In this document: positions 1 through 7,947 of the stretch, one piece after another | Layout of the letters: each line of letters starts with the position of its first letter | How positions within the stretch are numbered: position 1 is the stretch's first letter | IMG/VR virus record: IMGVR_UViG_3300033977_000108 | Location: 140,634-204,633 of that record | DNA length: 64,000 bases | Direction: 5' to 3' (one strand) | Program-made: the position numbers and the translations under genes | Notes under the pieces: model-generated | Seen by the model: only the letters and a program-made list of their open reading frames with translations | What the model was told of the DNA's origin: nothing | The model's database searches: none

Positions 1-150
1 CTTTGCAGCAATGCATTTAGGTGAGGCTCCGGCATGGGAGCTATTTTCTTCCCGCCGGCTTTCAGCAACTTTTGGCCAAGAGATAGATAATCAGCATCTA
101 CCAGATTGATGAACATATTCCTTATGAATGCTTTGTTTACATCGCGCATC

Positions 151-507
151 CTACGCGCCCCTTCTTACTCTTATCTTCTGCGCCAGCCATATCCCCGTTC
201 TACTTCCTGGCTTTGGCCTTATATTCTTCGCTTCTATCGCGCGCCATTCATACTTGCCTTTGGTCAGCTGATTGAAGTTCAATGCAGCGTCCATATCGTG
301 CATGAAATGGAAGCCGGAGCGGTAATAACGTCCTCTTCCATCTCTTACGCGCCGCTGCTTGGTGGTCAGCCATCTACCTATTGGCACTTCCAAGCTGCCA
401 TTATATCCGTGGAATAGAAAGCAGAGCTTGTTGTTCTTGATTCGGAAAGCTTTGAAGCCTATCATCCGCCTCCTTATGGAGTTTGTTCCTCTCCTCGTAG
501 AAGTCAT
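151..507 (-). CDS. hypothetical phage protein
   Basis: 118-aa ORF co-oriented with all neighbours; no recognisable motif. Confidence 0.5.
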   Translation of the reverse strand: MTSTRRGTNSIRRRMIGFKAFRIKNNKLCFLFHGYNGSLEVPIGRWLTTKQRRVRDGRGRYYRSGFHFMHDMDAALNFNQLTKGKYEWRAIEAKNIRPKPGSRTGIWLAQKIRVRRGA

Positions 508-534
508 CCCTGAGTATAGCCAGGGACAGAGGAT

Positions 535-810
535 CTAATTTCCCCAGTGGCCCAGACAGGTTCCTGCTCCTAGAAGTTTGCCCGTCTTATCAAACTGCCA
601 ATCCCTGGCGCCTATGTAGACGTTAATATCGCCGTCTTCATCAATCATAAAGACATCTATGGGGACTAGTTTCACCAACATTGGCAGGATGAGGTCTTCA
701 TTCAGCTCGCGGGTAATCTTCTTCAGCACGCTGCTTTTTATTCCTATTTTCCGTAGCTTTAGGCTCGCTCTTTCTACTGCTTTCTTTATCTTTGTTTGTT
801 TACTCTTCAT
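535..810 (-). CDS. hypothetical protein
   Basis: 91-aa ORF with GGAGG RBS upstream of the ATG. Confidence 0.6.
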   Translation of the reverse strand: MKSKQTKIKKAVERASLKLRKIGIKSSVLKKITRELNEDLILPMLVKLVPIDVFMIDEDGDINVYIGARDWQFDKTGKLLGAGTCLGHWGN

Positions 811-961
811 TTTGCGCCTCCGTTTTCTCGTCCGGCATTCCTATTCCTAAATGCGACCACCGGCGATGACCGCACTCGCACACTGATACTTCTTTCGGAT
901 TTCGGGCTTGGCAGAGATGGCAAATCCAATCGCTGTCAAGTTCCAGGGCTTGTTTCTTCAT
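800..961 (-). CDS. small zinc-finger protein (RanBP2-like W-x-C-x2-C-x3-N...C-x-C)
   Basis: Read manually (below ORF-track cutoff): MKKQALELDSDWICHLCQARNPKEVSVCECGHRRW...; fills the gap between 535-810 and 936-1181. Confidence 0.55.
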   Translation of the reverse strand: MKKQALELDSDWICHLCQARNPKEVSVCECGHRRWSHLGIGMPDEKTEAQNEE

Positions 962-1181
962 TCGGCTTTGTCCCTTCATAGGTGTAAATTAATGATGGAG
1001 GCAGGGAAACGAACCTGCAAGGTTCCAGTTCAATGGAGTAGAATTCACGCGTGCTATAATCCGACAGGCGACAAATGTACCTTCGGTGGGGATGTGCATC
1101 ATAGGAATTCAATACCAGTATTAGTTCCCCAGTCAGCACATGTTTTACTTTCGTTCCGTTCACGATTATCTCTTCCATCAC
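936..1181 (-). CDS. hypothetical protein
   Basis: 81-aa ORF whose start overlaps the upstream stop (ATGA-type coupling). Confidence 0.55.
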   Translation of the reverse strand: MMEEIIVNGTKVKHVLTGELILVLNSYDAHPHRRYICRLSDYSTREFYSIELEPCRFVSLPPSLIYTYEGTKPNEETSPGT

Positions 1182-1519
1182 GCCGCTTTCTCCTCTCGCA
1201 GGGCTTGTAATTCCTTCTCCCTGCGTAGTTTACGCTCCTCTAACTTCGCATTTAGTGCGTCGATTTTCTTGTCTATTTCGGCGGCGACCTCGGCGGGCTG
1301 TAAAGAGACAACCCTATCCCTCCATACGCGAAGTTCGGAAAGAATAGCGCGGTCAATAGCGTCTATTACCACGGGTACGAGGGAACCGCTAAATAGATTA
1401 TCGTTGCCGTAAGCAGCGACAATCTCCATAACTTCTCGTATACTGCTGGCGACATTATCGGCCTCGGGTCCGAGGACTTCAAATAAATCGGAAGCTTCAA
1501 CCTCTGGCAGCCGGCCTAT
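1178..1519 (-). CDS. hypothetical helical/coiled-coil protein (start uncertain)
   Basis: Only the 3' ~113 codons of the 1178-2047 ORF look protein-like; the rest overlaps the nuclease ORF. Confidence 0.45.
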   Translation of the reverse strand: MGRLPEVEASDLFEVLGPEADNVASSIREVMEIVAAYGNDNLFSGSLVPVVIDAIDRAILSELRVWRDRVVSLQPAEVAAEIDKKIDALNAKLEERKLRREKELQALREEKAA

Positions 1520-2076
1520 AAGGGAAGGTTTGGCAGATCTTCCAGAGCGAACACTACCACCCGCCGGTTCATGTCGTTTGAGATTACCAGGGCTCCAGCC
1601 TGGGACCCTATTCTCTTCGCATCGGCACGTACCTTCTCCAGTTCGCTCAGGAACACCACCGGATTGCTTCTGGCTTGATGTTTTGTATCCAGGGTTATTT
1701 TGTCCAGGTACAGGTGGTCTCCATTTCTTGCCGTTCTCCCGGAGTTGCTCGTAGCTTTTATCACAGCGTCTTGGGTTCTTTTCTCTGTTCGCCGTGCTAT
1801 CCTGGCTACTTCTTGCCGCTTGCGGTCTTTGTTCCGGCGTTCGTCCGCCCGCGCTTTCAGCCTGGCAGCATGGAGCAGGCGTTTCTCTAGCTCCAATTGG
1901 GGGTGCTTCGCTCCCTTCACGAGGGGCCGCCAGTGATGTGGGACCTCGGCTGTGGCAAACAGGTTGTCCGGCGACAGCCGGCACAGGTAGCACAGCGGCG
2001 GCGTTCGCCAGCGTTTTGAGTTGCGACATTGTTCCCATACTTCGCATGGTGCCGATTCCTTAGGCAGCAGACTCAT
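1516..2076 (-). CDS. PD-(D/E)XK nuclease, putative Holliday junction resolvase
   Basis: SG-x5-GD...LDTK...ELEK pattern similar to Hjc-type resolvases; immediately downstream of recA. Confidence 0.5.
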   Translation of the reverse strand: MSLLPKESAPCEVWEQCRNSKRWRTPPLCYLCRLSPDNLFATAEVPHHWRPLVKGAKHPQLELEKRLLHAARLKARADERRNKDRKRQEVARIARRTEKRTQDAVIKATSNSGRTARNGDHLYLDKITLDTKHQARSNPVVFLSELEKVRADAKRIGSQAGALVISNDMNRRVVVFALEDLPNLPL

Positions 2077-3124
2077 TGGCTGCTTCCTCAAGCGCAGGCT
2101 CAGTGCCATCCACCGCCTGCTTTATCTCATTGAATAGCTTGGGGTCATCTTTCATTTTACGATAGAAATTATAGTCCCCTTGTGCTTTCACATCGCCGTA
2201 TTGAAGCCAGGCGCCGCTCTTGGTAATGACTTTGGCGGCTTTGGCGGCGTCAAAATAGTCATAGATGGAGCTGAAGCCCTCATCAAAGATGTAGGTAAGA
2301 TTAGTAGCTAACCACTGCCGGCTTAGATTGTTCTTGGCCGTGAAGGCTTTGATTTTGAAGCCGTAGCACCTATCGTTGGCGTCCTTCAGCTTCTCAATGA
2401 TAGATAATTCCAGGCGGATAGAACCGAAGAAAGGCAACGCTCGGCCGCCCATAGTAACAAACTTCTGCTGGCCGGTTGGATTGTAGCCGATGTAAGACCG
2501 GGTCTGATTTATCCAAACGACGCAGGCGCGCTTCTTTACATTCTTCCTGAGGAAGCTGGACATCAAGCCAGCGATACCACACATCTTGTTTGCCTCATCG
2601 GCACTCTTCTCCAAGTTCGTCTTCAGGTCCAAGGCCGCCAAAGAATCAAGTACAACTAAATCAAAGACTTTGGCTGCTGATTTCACCAAATCGAGAACCT
2701 CTTCAGCGGACAGCACTTCCTCCGGGCGGATAATTCTGACCGCCGGTGTCGTCTGGTCCTGCTCTGGGTCGGTGATAATACCAATCCTGTGGAGATAATC
2801 GAGCGTCATAGTGCGCTCGGTGTCGATTATAACCGTCCGTAGCTTCTGCTTCTGGAACGCTGCCACAAAATGTAGCCCCAGACTTGTCTTTCCTACTTCA
2901 GTTTCCTTGCTGTAAATCTCAACATCTCTGCCAAGCGGAAGGCCTTTCAATGCCTGGTGTAAAATCACATCCAGTTGTGGAAAACCGGTGGATACACAGG
3001 CAACGCTCATATCCGGGGCATTTTCCGCCAATTCCACAAGCCCACTCAAGCCAGCTTTTGCCAAATCTTCTTCTAACTCCTTCTCAACATTGATGTTATC
3101 CTGTTCTGTTTTCTTCTTGGACAT
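2060..3124 (-). CDS. recA: RecA/UvsX-like recombinase
   Basis: VSTG...EIYSKETEVGKT (Walker A), IIDTE, VVLDSLAAL (Walker B), WINQTR, GGRALPFFGSIRL, KNN, SGAW. Confidence 0.93.
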   Translation of the reverse strand: MSKKKTEQDNINVEKELEEDLAKAGLSGLVELAENAPDMSVACVSTGFPQLDVILHQALKGLPLGRDVEIYSKETEVGKTSLGLHFVAAFQKQKLRTVIIDTERTMTLDYLHRIGIITDPEQDQTTPAVRIIRPEEVLSAEEVLDLVKSAAKVFDLVVLDSLAALDLKTNLEKSADEANKMCGIAGLMSSFLRKNVKKRACVVWINQTRSYIGYNPTGQQKFVTMGGRALPFFGSIRLELSIIEKLKDANDRCYGFKIKAFTAKNNLSRQWLATNLTYIFDEGFSSIYDYFDAAKAAKVITKSGAWLQYGDVKAQGDYNFYRKMKDDPKLFNEIKQAVDGTEPALEEAANESAA

Positions 3125-3371
3125 TGTTCTCCTTGCTTTAGTCCAGCTTCAGCTGGACGGAGTAAACCTCGGCTATCTCTTCGCTTTCAAAAACATCCCC
3201 GATAGCATCTTCTAGGTACTCAATCAAGTCCTGTAGTTTCTCTGGGGCCAGTGCCTTGAGATAATCTGCGACTTGCTTTTCATTGCGATCAAAATCAATT
3301 TCGATTGTCATGATTGTCCTTATTGCCCACAGGGGCTAAAGATTGGAGCTACGATGGCTGAATTTTGAATA

Positions 3372-3746
3372 TTACAACTCCCTATCACTTCCATAGGATA
3401 GGTCCTCGGGTCCCTGGGTCAGGTCCTCGGGAGTTGGTTCTATAACCTTTGTCGGTATTTGTGGCGGTGGATAAGGATACCAACCAAGCCATAAATAGCA
3501 CGCTAAATGGTTCTCGCATGCGTGAACAAAGGCTCTCATTGGGGTTTGATAGACCATCGTATCAAATGCCAATATCGACAAGGGGCCATGTGAGTGTTCT
3601 GCCGTCCCATCGGCACCAATGCCCATATAAGCACAAGGTCGTCCAATCAAATTCCTGATGTCGTATGCGTATTGATTAATCATTGCAGCACCGTGCAAAA
3701 GCAGCGCGATGTAGCCAAGCTCTCTACAACCCGTGTTTTGTGGCAA
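3372..3746 (-). CDS. hypothetical protein
   Basis: 124-aa ORF in the minus-strand gene train; start uncertain. Confidence 0.4.
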   Translation of the reverse strand: MPQNTGCRELGYIALLLHGAAMINQYAYDIRNLIGRPCAYMGIGADGTAEHSHGPLSILAFDTMVYQTPMRAFVHACENHLACYLWLGWYPYPPPQIPTKVIEPTPEDLTQGPEDLSYGSDREL

Positions 3747-3835
3747 GAGGAAAGGAGGAAAGCTCTCGCCAAGGCTTCACTGCCCAGCTCCTGGTCTCCG
3801 GACCAAGGGTGCACACCAAGTGCTCGCGCGGCAAA

Positions 3836-4189
3836 TCAAAGTACCTCTATCTCGACGTTGTGGTCCTCATGCAGCTTACGAATACTCAAAAGTAACTCGC
3901 CATCTTTATATGTGGCTTGGGTAGTGCTTGGGTCCGAGTTCGCTGGAGGGCCTATTTTGTATTTCCACTCTTCCACCACGTCGCCGATCTTCTTTTTGAT
4001 TATCACATAGATAAGCCCGTCCCGCACTGTGATCGTAGTATTTGCCGCGTCCTCAGGGGGCATAGCAATGGAAATCAAATGCTCGGTTGGAGTACTGCTA
4101 AGTTTTATTTCTTTATCCAGAAATTCTTTCTGTGGATCCGCAGGCATGGATAGGTCAAAGTAGTTCTTGATGCTTTTCCAGAAGTTCAT
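3836..4189 (-). CDS. small heat-shock protein (Hsp20/alpha-crystallin family)
   Basis: ITVRDGLIYV and QATYKDGELLLSIRK match the A-x-Y-x-D/N-G-x-L alpha-crystallin motif; C-terminal IEV (I-x-I/V). Confidence 0.75.
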   Translation of the reverse strand: MNFWKSIKNYFDLSMPADPQKEFLDKEIKLSSTPTEHLISIAMPPEDAANTTITVRDGLIYVIIKKKIGDVVEEWKYKIGPPANSDPSTTQATYKDGELLLSIRKLHEDHNVEIEVL

Positions 4190-4415
4190 ATATTTTCCTT
4201 GATGAACTGAATTGGGTCCTACTCTAAGTCAGCAGCCGGTAGAACAACCAAAAACCCGCAACAACATTGACAATCAGCAATCAATAACCAACAACATCAA
4301 CAAGATTGTGAGCGATGTGCCCTCAATAGGTACATGTTGCCTCATTGCTATCTTTATCGCCGCATCAGAAGCTATTAGCGGCTAGCTGCTCGCCCTCATT
4401 TCGGACCCAAACTTG

Positions 4416-4583
4416 TTAGCGCCTCCGGTGTTTCTTCTTCGGAGGCCGTGGCATTCTGCCGTGCGACCCAGCCCAGAAGTGCCCATAGTTGATGCAGCAA
4501 TCGGTACAGACTACCTGCTTACATCCGTAGCACAGATCGCGGGCTGGGTGGCAGTTCGCATTACAACTGAAACATTTGGCCAT
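4416..4583 (-). CDS. small Cys-rich (Zn-binding) basic protein
   Basis: CxxC..C..CxxC..CxxCC with Lys/Arg tail; start refined to the ATG at 4583 with GAGG RBS. Confidence 0.5.
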   Translation of the reverse strand: MAKCFSCNANCHPARDLCYGCKQVVCTDCCINYGHFWAGSHGRMPRPPKKKHRRR

Positions 4584-4598
4584 AGGTCTCAACCTCGG

Positions 4599-4671
4599 TA
4601 GTCGGGGCCGGATTCGAACCGCCAACGCCTGCCTTTTTAGGACAGTGCTCTATCATTGGAGCTACCCGTCT
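4599..4671 (-). tRNA. tRNA-like gene, anticodon AAA (Phe-like; possibly a pseudo-tRNA)
   Basis: Cloverleaf AGACGGG-TA-GCTC CAATGATA GAGC-A-CTGTC CTAAAAA GGCAG-GCGTT-GGCGG TTCGAAT CCGGC-CCCGACT-A; one mismatch each in the acceptor and T stems; ends ACCG rather than ACCA. Confidence 0.7.
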
Positions 4672-4817
4672 TTACTCTCCTTGGTTTGGGTCGCCAGTTG
4701 CGCCCATCTGATACATAATCCCTACACATAGAGGCAGCTACATACAGAAGCTCCACGAGAAGAAGTATCCATAGACTATCTCGCCTTCTATATTTCATAA
4801 CTGCCCCTCGTTATCTT

Positions 4818-4887
4818 AGCGGGCGGCTGGAACTCAACCAGCGCCCTGGGCTTATGGAGCTACCAGCCAGGGTCTGACGCGCCCGCT
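4818..4887 (-). ncRNA. D-arm-less tRNA-like structure
   Basis: Intergenic; AGCGGGCG/CGCCCGCT stem, CCCTGG..CCAGGG arm, GCTGG-TTGAGTT-CCAGC arm (5 bp + 7-nt loop) stacked directly on the acceptor-like stem. Confidence 0.45.
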
Positions 4888-4890
4888 ATA

Positions 4891-5421
4891 CTATTCCTTC
4901 TCGCTTATTGGCGGTATGCCAAGTTCCGCCCTAATGGCATTGAGGCGGTCTATCAAACCACTGCTGAGAAAGTCTATACCAAATGCCAGGCCGCCTCCAC
5001 GCTCCATTGAAGCATTGCTTATAGGGGTCTTTCCTTCCAGCATTTCAGCCCATTTTCTTAACTCATCTAGATTGTCAAACCAGATGGCGGTCTCCCGCAT
5101 TTCCTTTTCAATGTCTGCGTCAGATGCGTTTTGTGCTTCCCAGCCGTCGCAGCCGGAACATGAGCCATACCACCATTCATAGAATGAATACTTGCCGTCT
5201 TTCCTGGCAAGAATGGAGGCATGCCCTTGGTAATCGGCCTCGCTGTCTTCCCAGATGATTTCCCAGTCGCCCCAGATGCGGCCGGCTATCTTCCCGTAGC
5301 GGCACCCAGATGCGATTGTTTCGTTCCAATGCTTACCGATAAGCTTATCTACAGCCTTCGGTTTTATTTTCCTTACTATAGCCTTTTCCTTTGTTGATTT
5401 GGCCTTTTTCTTCTTGGACAT
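4891..5421 (-). CDS. hypothetical protein with CSGCD motif
   Basis: Start refined to MSKKKK at 5421 with GGAGG RBS. Confidence 0.7.
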   Translation of the reverse strand: MSKKKKAKSTKEKAIVRKIKPKAVDKLIGKHWNETIASGCRYGKIAGRIWGDWEIIWEDSEADYQGHASILARKDGKYSFYEWWYGSCSGCDGWEAQNASDADIEKEMRETAIWFDNLDELRKWAEMLEGKTPISNASMERGGGLAFGIDFLSSGLIDRLNAIRAELGIPPISEKE

Positions 5422-5546
5422 TTTGCCTCCATAAGAACTTATGCCGCACGCCGGACTGCTCCCCGGTGAAGATCGGTTCGCATGCTGGCGACGTCTGTCC
5501 AGGCCGGCTCCGCAGCCTAACAACAGCCCACTAGCGGCGCCTAAAC

Positions 5547-5888
5547 TTAGTTCGGGAAGCTCAGTTCCAGCTGCTTCTCGTCTTTCTTCTCTTCCATTTG
5601 CAGCTCGCCCAATACGGCATCATTCTGGTCGTAGCCAATGACCATTGTAATGGCGTTCGTCTTCTTTATGGCATTGTCCAGCGTCCTTATCTCTCGGGCC
5701 AGGCCCGTGATAAGAGAGTCCAAAGCCTTGGCGTTATAAAGCGGCTCAATGATTTGTGTCTTATCCACATTGGCGCCGTACAACCGCGTGGAACGGGTGG
5801 CATTCTCATTTCGCAAGGCGACGAGTTCCTGGTGCCTTGTTTCCAGCGTCTTTTTCCAGTTTATGGCTTCACTTATACAAATTTGCAT
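5547..5888 (-). CDS. helical hypothetical protein (DIP1984-like pattern) with C-terminal QLELSF clamp-binding-like motif
   Basis: ISEA...KTL...R...I..LD.AIKKTNA pattern; AGAGGA RBS. Confidence 0.55.
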   Translation of the reverse strand: MQICISEAINWKKTLETRHQELVALRNENATRSTRLYGANVDKTQIIEPLYNAKALDSLITGLAREIRTLDNAIKKTNAITMVIGYDQNDAVLGELQMEEKKDEKQLELSFPN

Positions 5889-5897
5889 GTTTTCCTC

Positions 5898-6113
5898 TTA
5901 TTCTGAAGCAGTATCATAGCTTTTGTTGCAGATGATACCCTGAATCTCGAAGTCTCCATCTATAGTATCTCCAATAAATGTCACGAAATCCTTCTCTTTC
6001 AATGATTTGGCTTTCGTTAGAGCTGTTTCAAGGCTGTCTGCGTTTATTTCCAGCGATAGTAAGCTCCTGGAGATCGCATAAACCACATAGGTGTTGTTGT
6101 TCTTGTTAGCCAT
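5898..6113 (-). CDS. hypothetical protein
   Basis: 71-aa ORF with AAGGAG RBS. Confidence 0.6.
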   Translation of the reverse strand: MANKNNNTYVVYAISRSLLSLEINADSLETALTKAKSLKEKDFVTFIGDTIDGDFEIQGIICNKSYDTASE

Positions 6114-6122
6114 TACTACTCC

Positions 6123-6338
6123 TTAGACGATTCTATCCTCCAATATGATTGGAGAATCTTTCCTTATTTCTGGCGTCAGTGGCACGTCCTTTGCTTCTGG
6201 CACATCGAAGTTCGGGAAGCATCCCTTGGTAAGCAAGCGTTTCATTCTATCTACATCGGCTTTTAGGTCCAATATGGCAATCCCAATCGTGGAGTCACCC
6301 CATGTCTGAGCAAATTCTTTCCACGCATTCTCTTTCAT
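6123..6338 (-). CDS. hypothetical protein
   Basis: ATG at 6338 with GGAGG RBS directly after a promoter. Confidence 0.6.
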   Translation of the reverse strand: MKENAWKEFAQTWGDSTIGIAILDLKADVDRMKRLLTKGCFPNFDVPEAKDVPLTPEIRKDSPIILEDRIV

Positions 6339-6347
6339 ACATCCTCC

Positions 6348-6375
6348 ATTATACCACAACCAACGGCTGTGTCAA
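6348..6375 (-). promoter_or_regulatory. sigma70-type promoter with extended -10
   Basis: TTGACA-16 nt-TATAAT with TG at the extended -10 position, in an intergenic gap. Confidence 0.8.
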
Positions 6376-6392
6376 GGGCATTAGCCACCACA

Positions 6393-6662
6393 TCATATAT
6401 ACTTCGGAGTATCATAGCCCACATCGACAAGATATTTCTTGCCTGGTTTGTCTGGGTCGCCGTCCAATTCGTCCCAGACTTGGAATATCGAGGCAGTACT
6501 ATCAAGGTCTCTTATTATTTCCATCGCTTTTTGGGCGGCCTCAAGAGGGTCTTTGGCGTCTATGTCGATGTCCCATACAACATACCAGGACTTCAGCTTG
6601 CGCCTCTTACCAGATATAGCCTTCTTTGGTTGCCGTCTTTTGGTCTGACATGTAGACCTCAT
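6393..6662 (-). CDS. hypothetical protein
   Basis: YVVWDIDIDAKDPLEAA pattern typical of small phage proteins. Confidence 0.5.
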   Translation of the reverse strand: MRSTCQTKRRQPKKAISGKRRKLKSWYVVWDIDIDAKDPLEAAQKAMEIIRDLDSTASIFQVWDELDGDPDKPGKKYLVDVGYDTPKYI

Positions 6663-6803
6663 CTGGCGTCTCCTTCACGATTAACTGGCATCCATTGACA
6701 AGCTCCAGCTCTGTGTGGTCATTTACCCGGCAGGCAGTGACAATGTGTTCAAGAGCTATGTATACCGGCTTGCGGTCGATTAAGGTTAGTTGTTTGACAA
6801 TCA

Positions 6804-7247
6804 TTAGACATCCCTCCGGCTACGCTTGAAGCCCTCGGCCTCAGTGTAGAGGAATTTCTTACAGATATTCACCCTTTCATCTATGCAGTCAATAAGTCCT
6901 TCCAGGAGTTCTTTCCAGGCGACAAAACCTCCGCTGAGCTTTCTGCGGAAGGCGTCCCTGTCTAACTCTGTCATGTCCTTGCTCTTTGCCGGCAGGAAAG
7001 CAGAACTCTTGGAGCGTTCCACCAGGGCGGAAGCCAGCGATAACTGGGCTACCACCTTTACTCGCCAGCTATTTACTTCATCCATGTGTAGTTCAATGGA
7101 AGCTACATCCGATGACAGTACTTTTGTCTCCAGCAGGTCTTCCAGCGGAGCAAAACGGGATGACCATTCTGCATCCAAGGTGGAGCAAGCTGCGGTCAAG
7201 TCCTCGACTGACATAATAGCCAAAGCATCAGAGATTGTTGTTATCAT
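6804..7247 (-). CDS. helical protein, possibly a UvsY-like recombination mediator
   Basis: All-helical; K..TELDRDA...LEGLIDCIDER pattern reminiscent of UvsY; functional call is weak. Confidence 0.4.
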   Translation of the reverse strand: MITTISDALAIMSVEDLTAACSTLDAEWSSRFAPLEDLLETKVLSSDVASIELHMDEVNSWRVKVVAQLSLASALVERSKSSAFLPAKSKDMTELDRDAFRRKLSGGFVAWKELLEGLIDCIDERVNICKKFLYTEAEGFKRSRRDV

Positions 7248-7264
7248 AGCTCTCCTACAGTGAG

Positions 7265-7298
7265 GCGGAGTCGCCAGTTTATGAGTGGGCGACTCCGC
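7265..7298. terminator. GC-rich 11-bp hairpin (terminator-like or 3' end structure)
   Basis: GCGGAGTCGCC/GGCGACTCCGC perfect inverted repeat; followed by ATTTCTT on the + strand. Confidence 0.6.
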
Positions 7299-7306
7299 AT
7301 TTCTTA

Positions 7307-7536
7307 CCCCGGCATGAGCGAGGCACCGACAGCGTTAGCGGTCGAGCGGAAGCCGCGGCCACAATGAGGAATCCGACAAGGATTTCTGCCGTAACGGAGA
7401 GAATTTAGTGCTGGCACTAAATTCTCGTAGTGGAGGGCGGAAATCCGAGGGCGGATTCTGAATGTCTTGTGGATAAGCGGCTCCGCGAGAGTTGAAGGCA
7501 GCAGAGCTGCCTTCAGCTGCCCGCGTAGCGAAGGGG
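7307..7536. ncRNA. large structured non-coding element (~230 nt)
   Basis: Nested stems across the whole interval, including a perfect 13-bp inverted repeat at 7399-7426 and a 12-bp hairpin at 7491-7517; only a doubtful ORF overlaps it. Confidence 0.6.
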
Positions 7537-7551
7537 CCGAGCGGAACATTA

Positions 7552-7815
7552 CTAACAGTTCAACCTTTGGCATAGATCATCTATTTCTTCCGGGCTGAGC
7601 GGGGTGATTTTCTTTGTGAAGTGCGCCGGAAAGATAAGTATAGGTTCCCTGTTTTCCAATTCAGCTTCTCTTAATTCCTGTTCGAGATTGTTTTGCCAGT
7701 AGCGCAAGGCAGCCAGCACAGTAGCCACTTGCCTATCGGTCAAGAAGCGTCTGTGTAATCTACCCGTTGTCTTCGTCTTTAGTCTCTTCAGATTGTGCAT
7801 TGCTGGACCCATCAT
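7552..7815 (-). CDS. hypothetical protein
   Basis: ATVLAALRYWQ...PLSPEEIDDLCQRLN pattern seen in mobile-element proteins. Confidence 0.55.
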   Translation of the reverse strand: MMGPAMHNLKRLKTKTTGRLHRRFLTDRQVATVLAALRYWQNNLEQELREAELENREPILIFPAHFTKKITPLSPEEIDDLCQRLNC

Positions 7816-7947
7816 CTAAATCATTCTCGTGGAAGTTGGGGACGTTGCAGGAGCCGTCCTCTGTCATTTCCAAATCGGTTGGCCCTTCTGTGGGCGGGTC
7901 TGGCAAAACAAATGGTTCAGTGGCTTTTCCCATGGTAGTTTTCTCCT

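Noticed and set aside
1520-2047. 289-aa ORF 1178-2047 as a full-length protein
   Set aside because: Its 5' part overlaps the nuclease ORF and reads as low-complexity off-frame sequence
4818-4887. tmRNA
   Set aside because: No G3.U70 alanine identity pair, no tag reading frame or pseudoknots, and far too short
7304-7573. 89-aa ORF over the structured element
   Set aside because: No motif, overlaps the upstream stop region, and coincides with dense base-pairing better explained as structured nucleic acid
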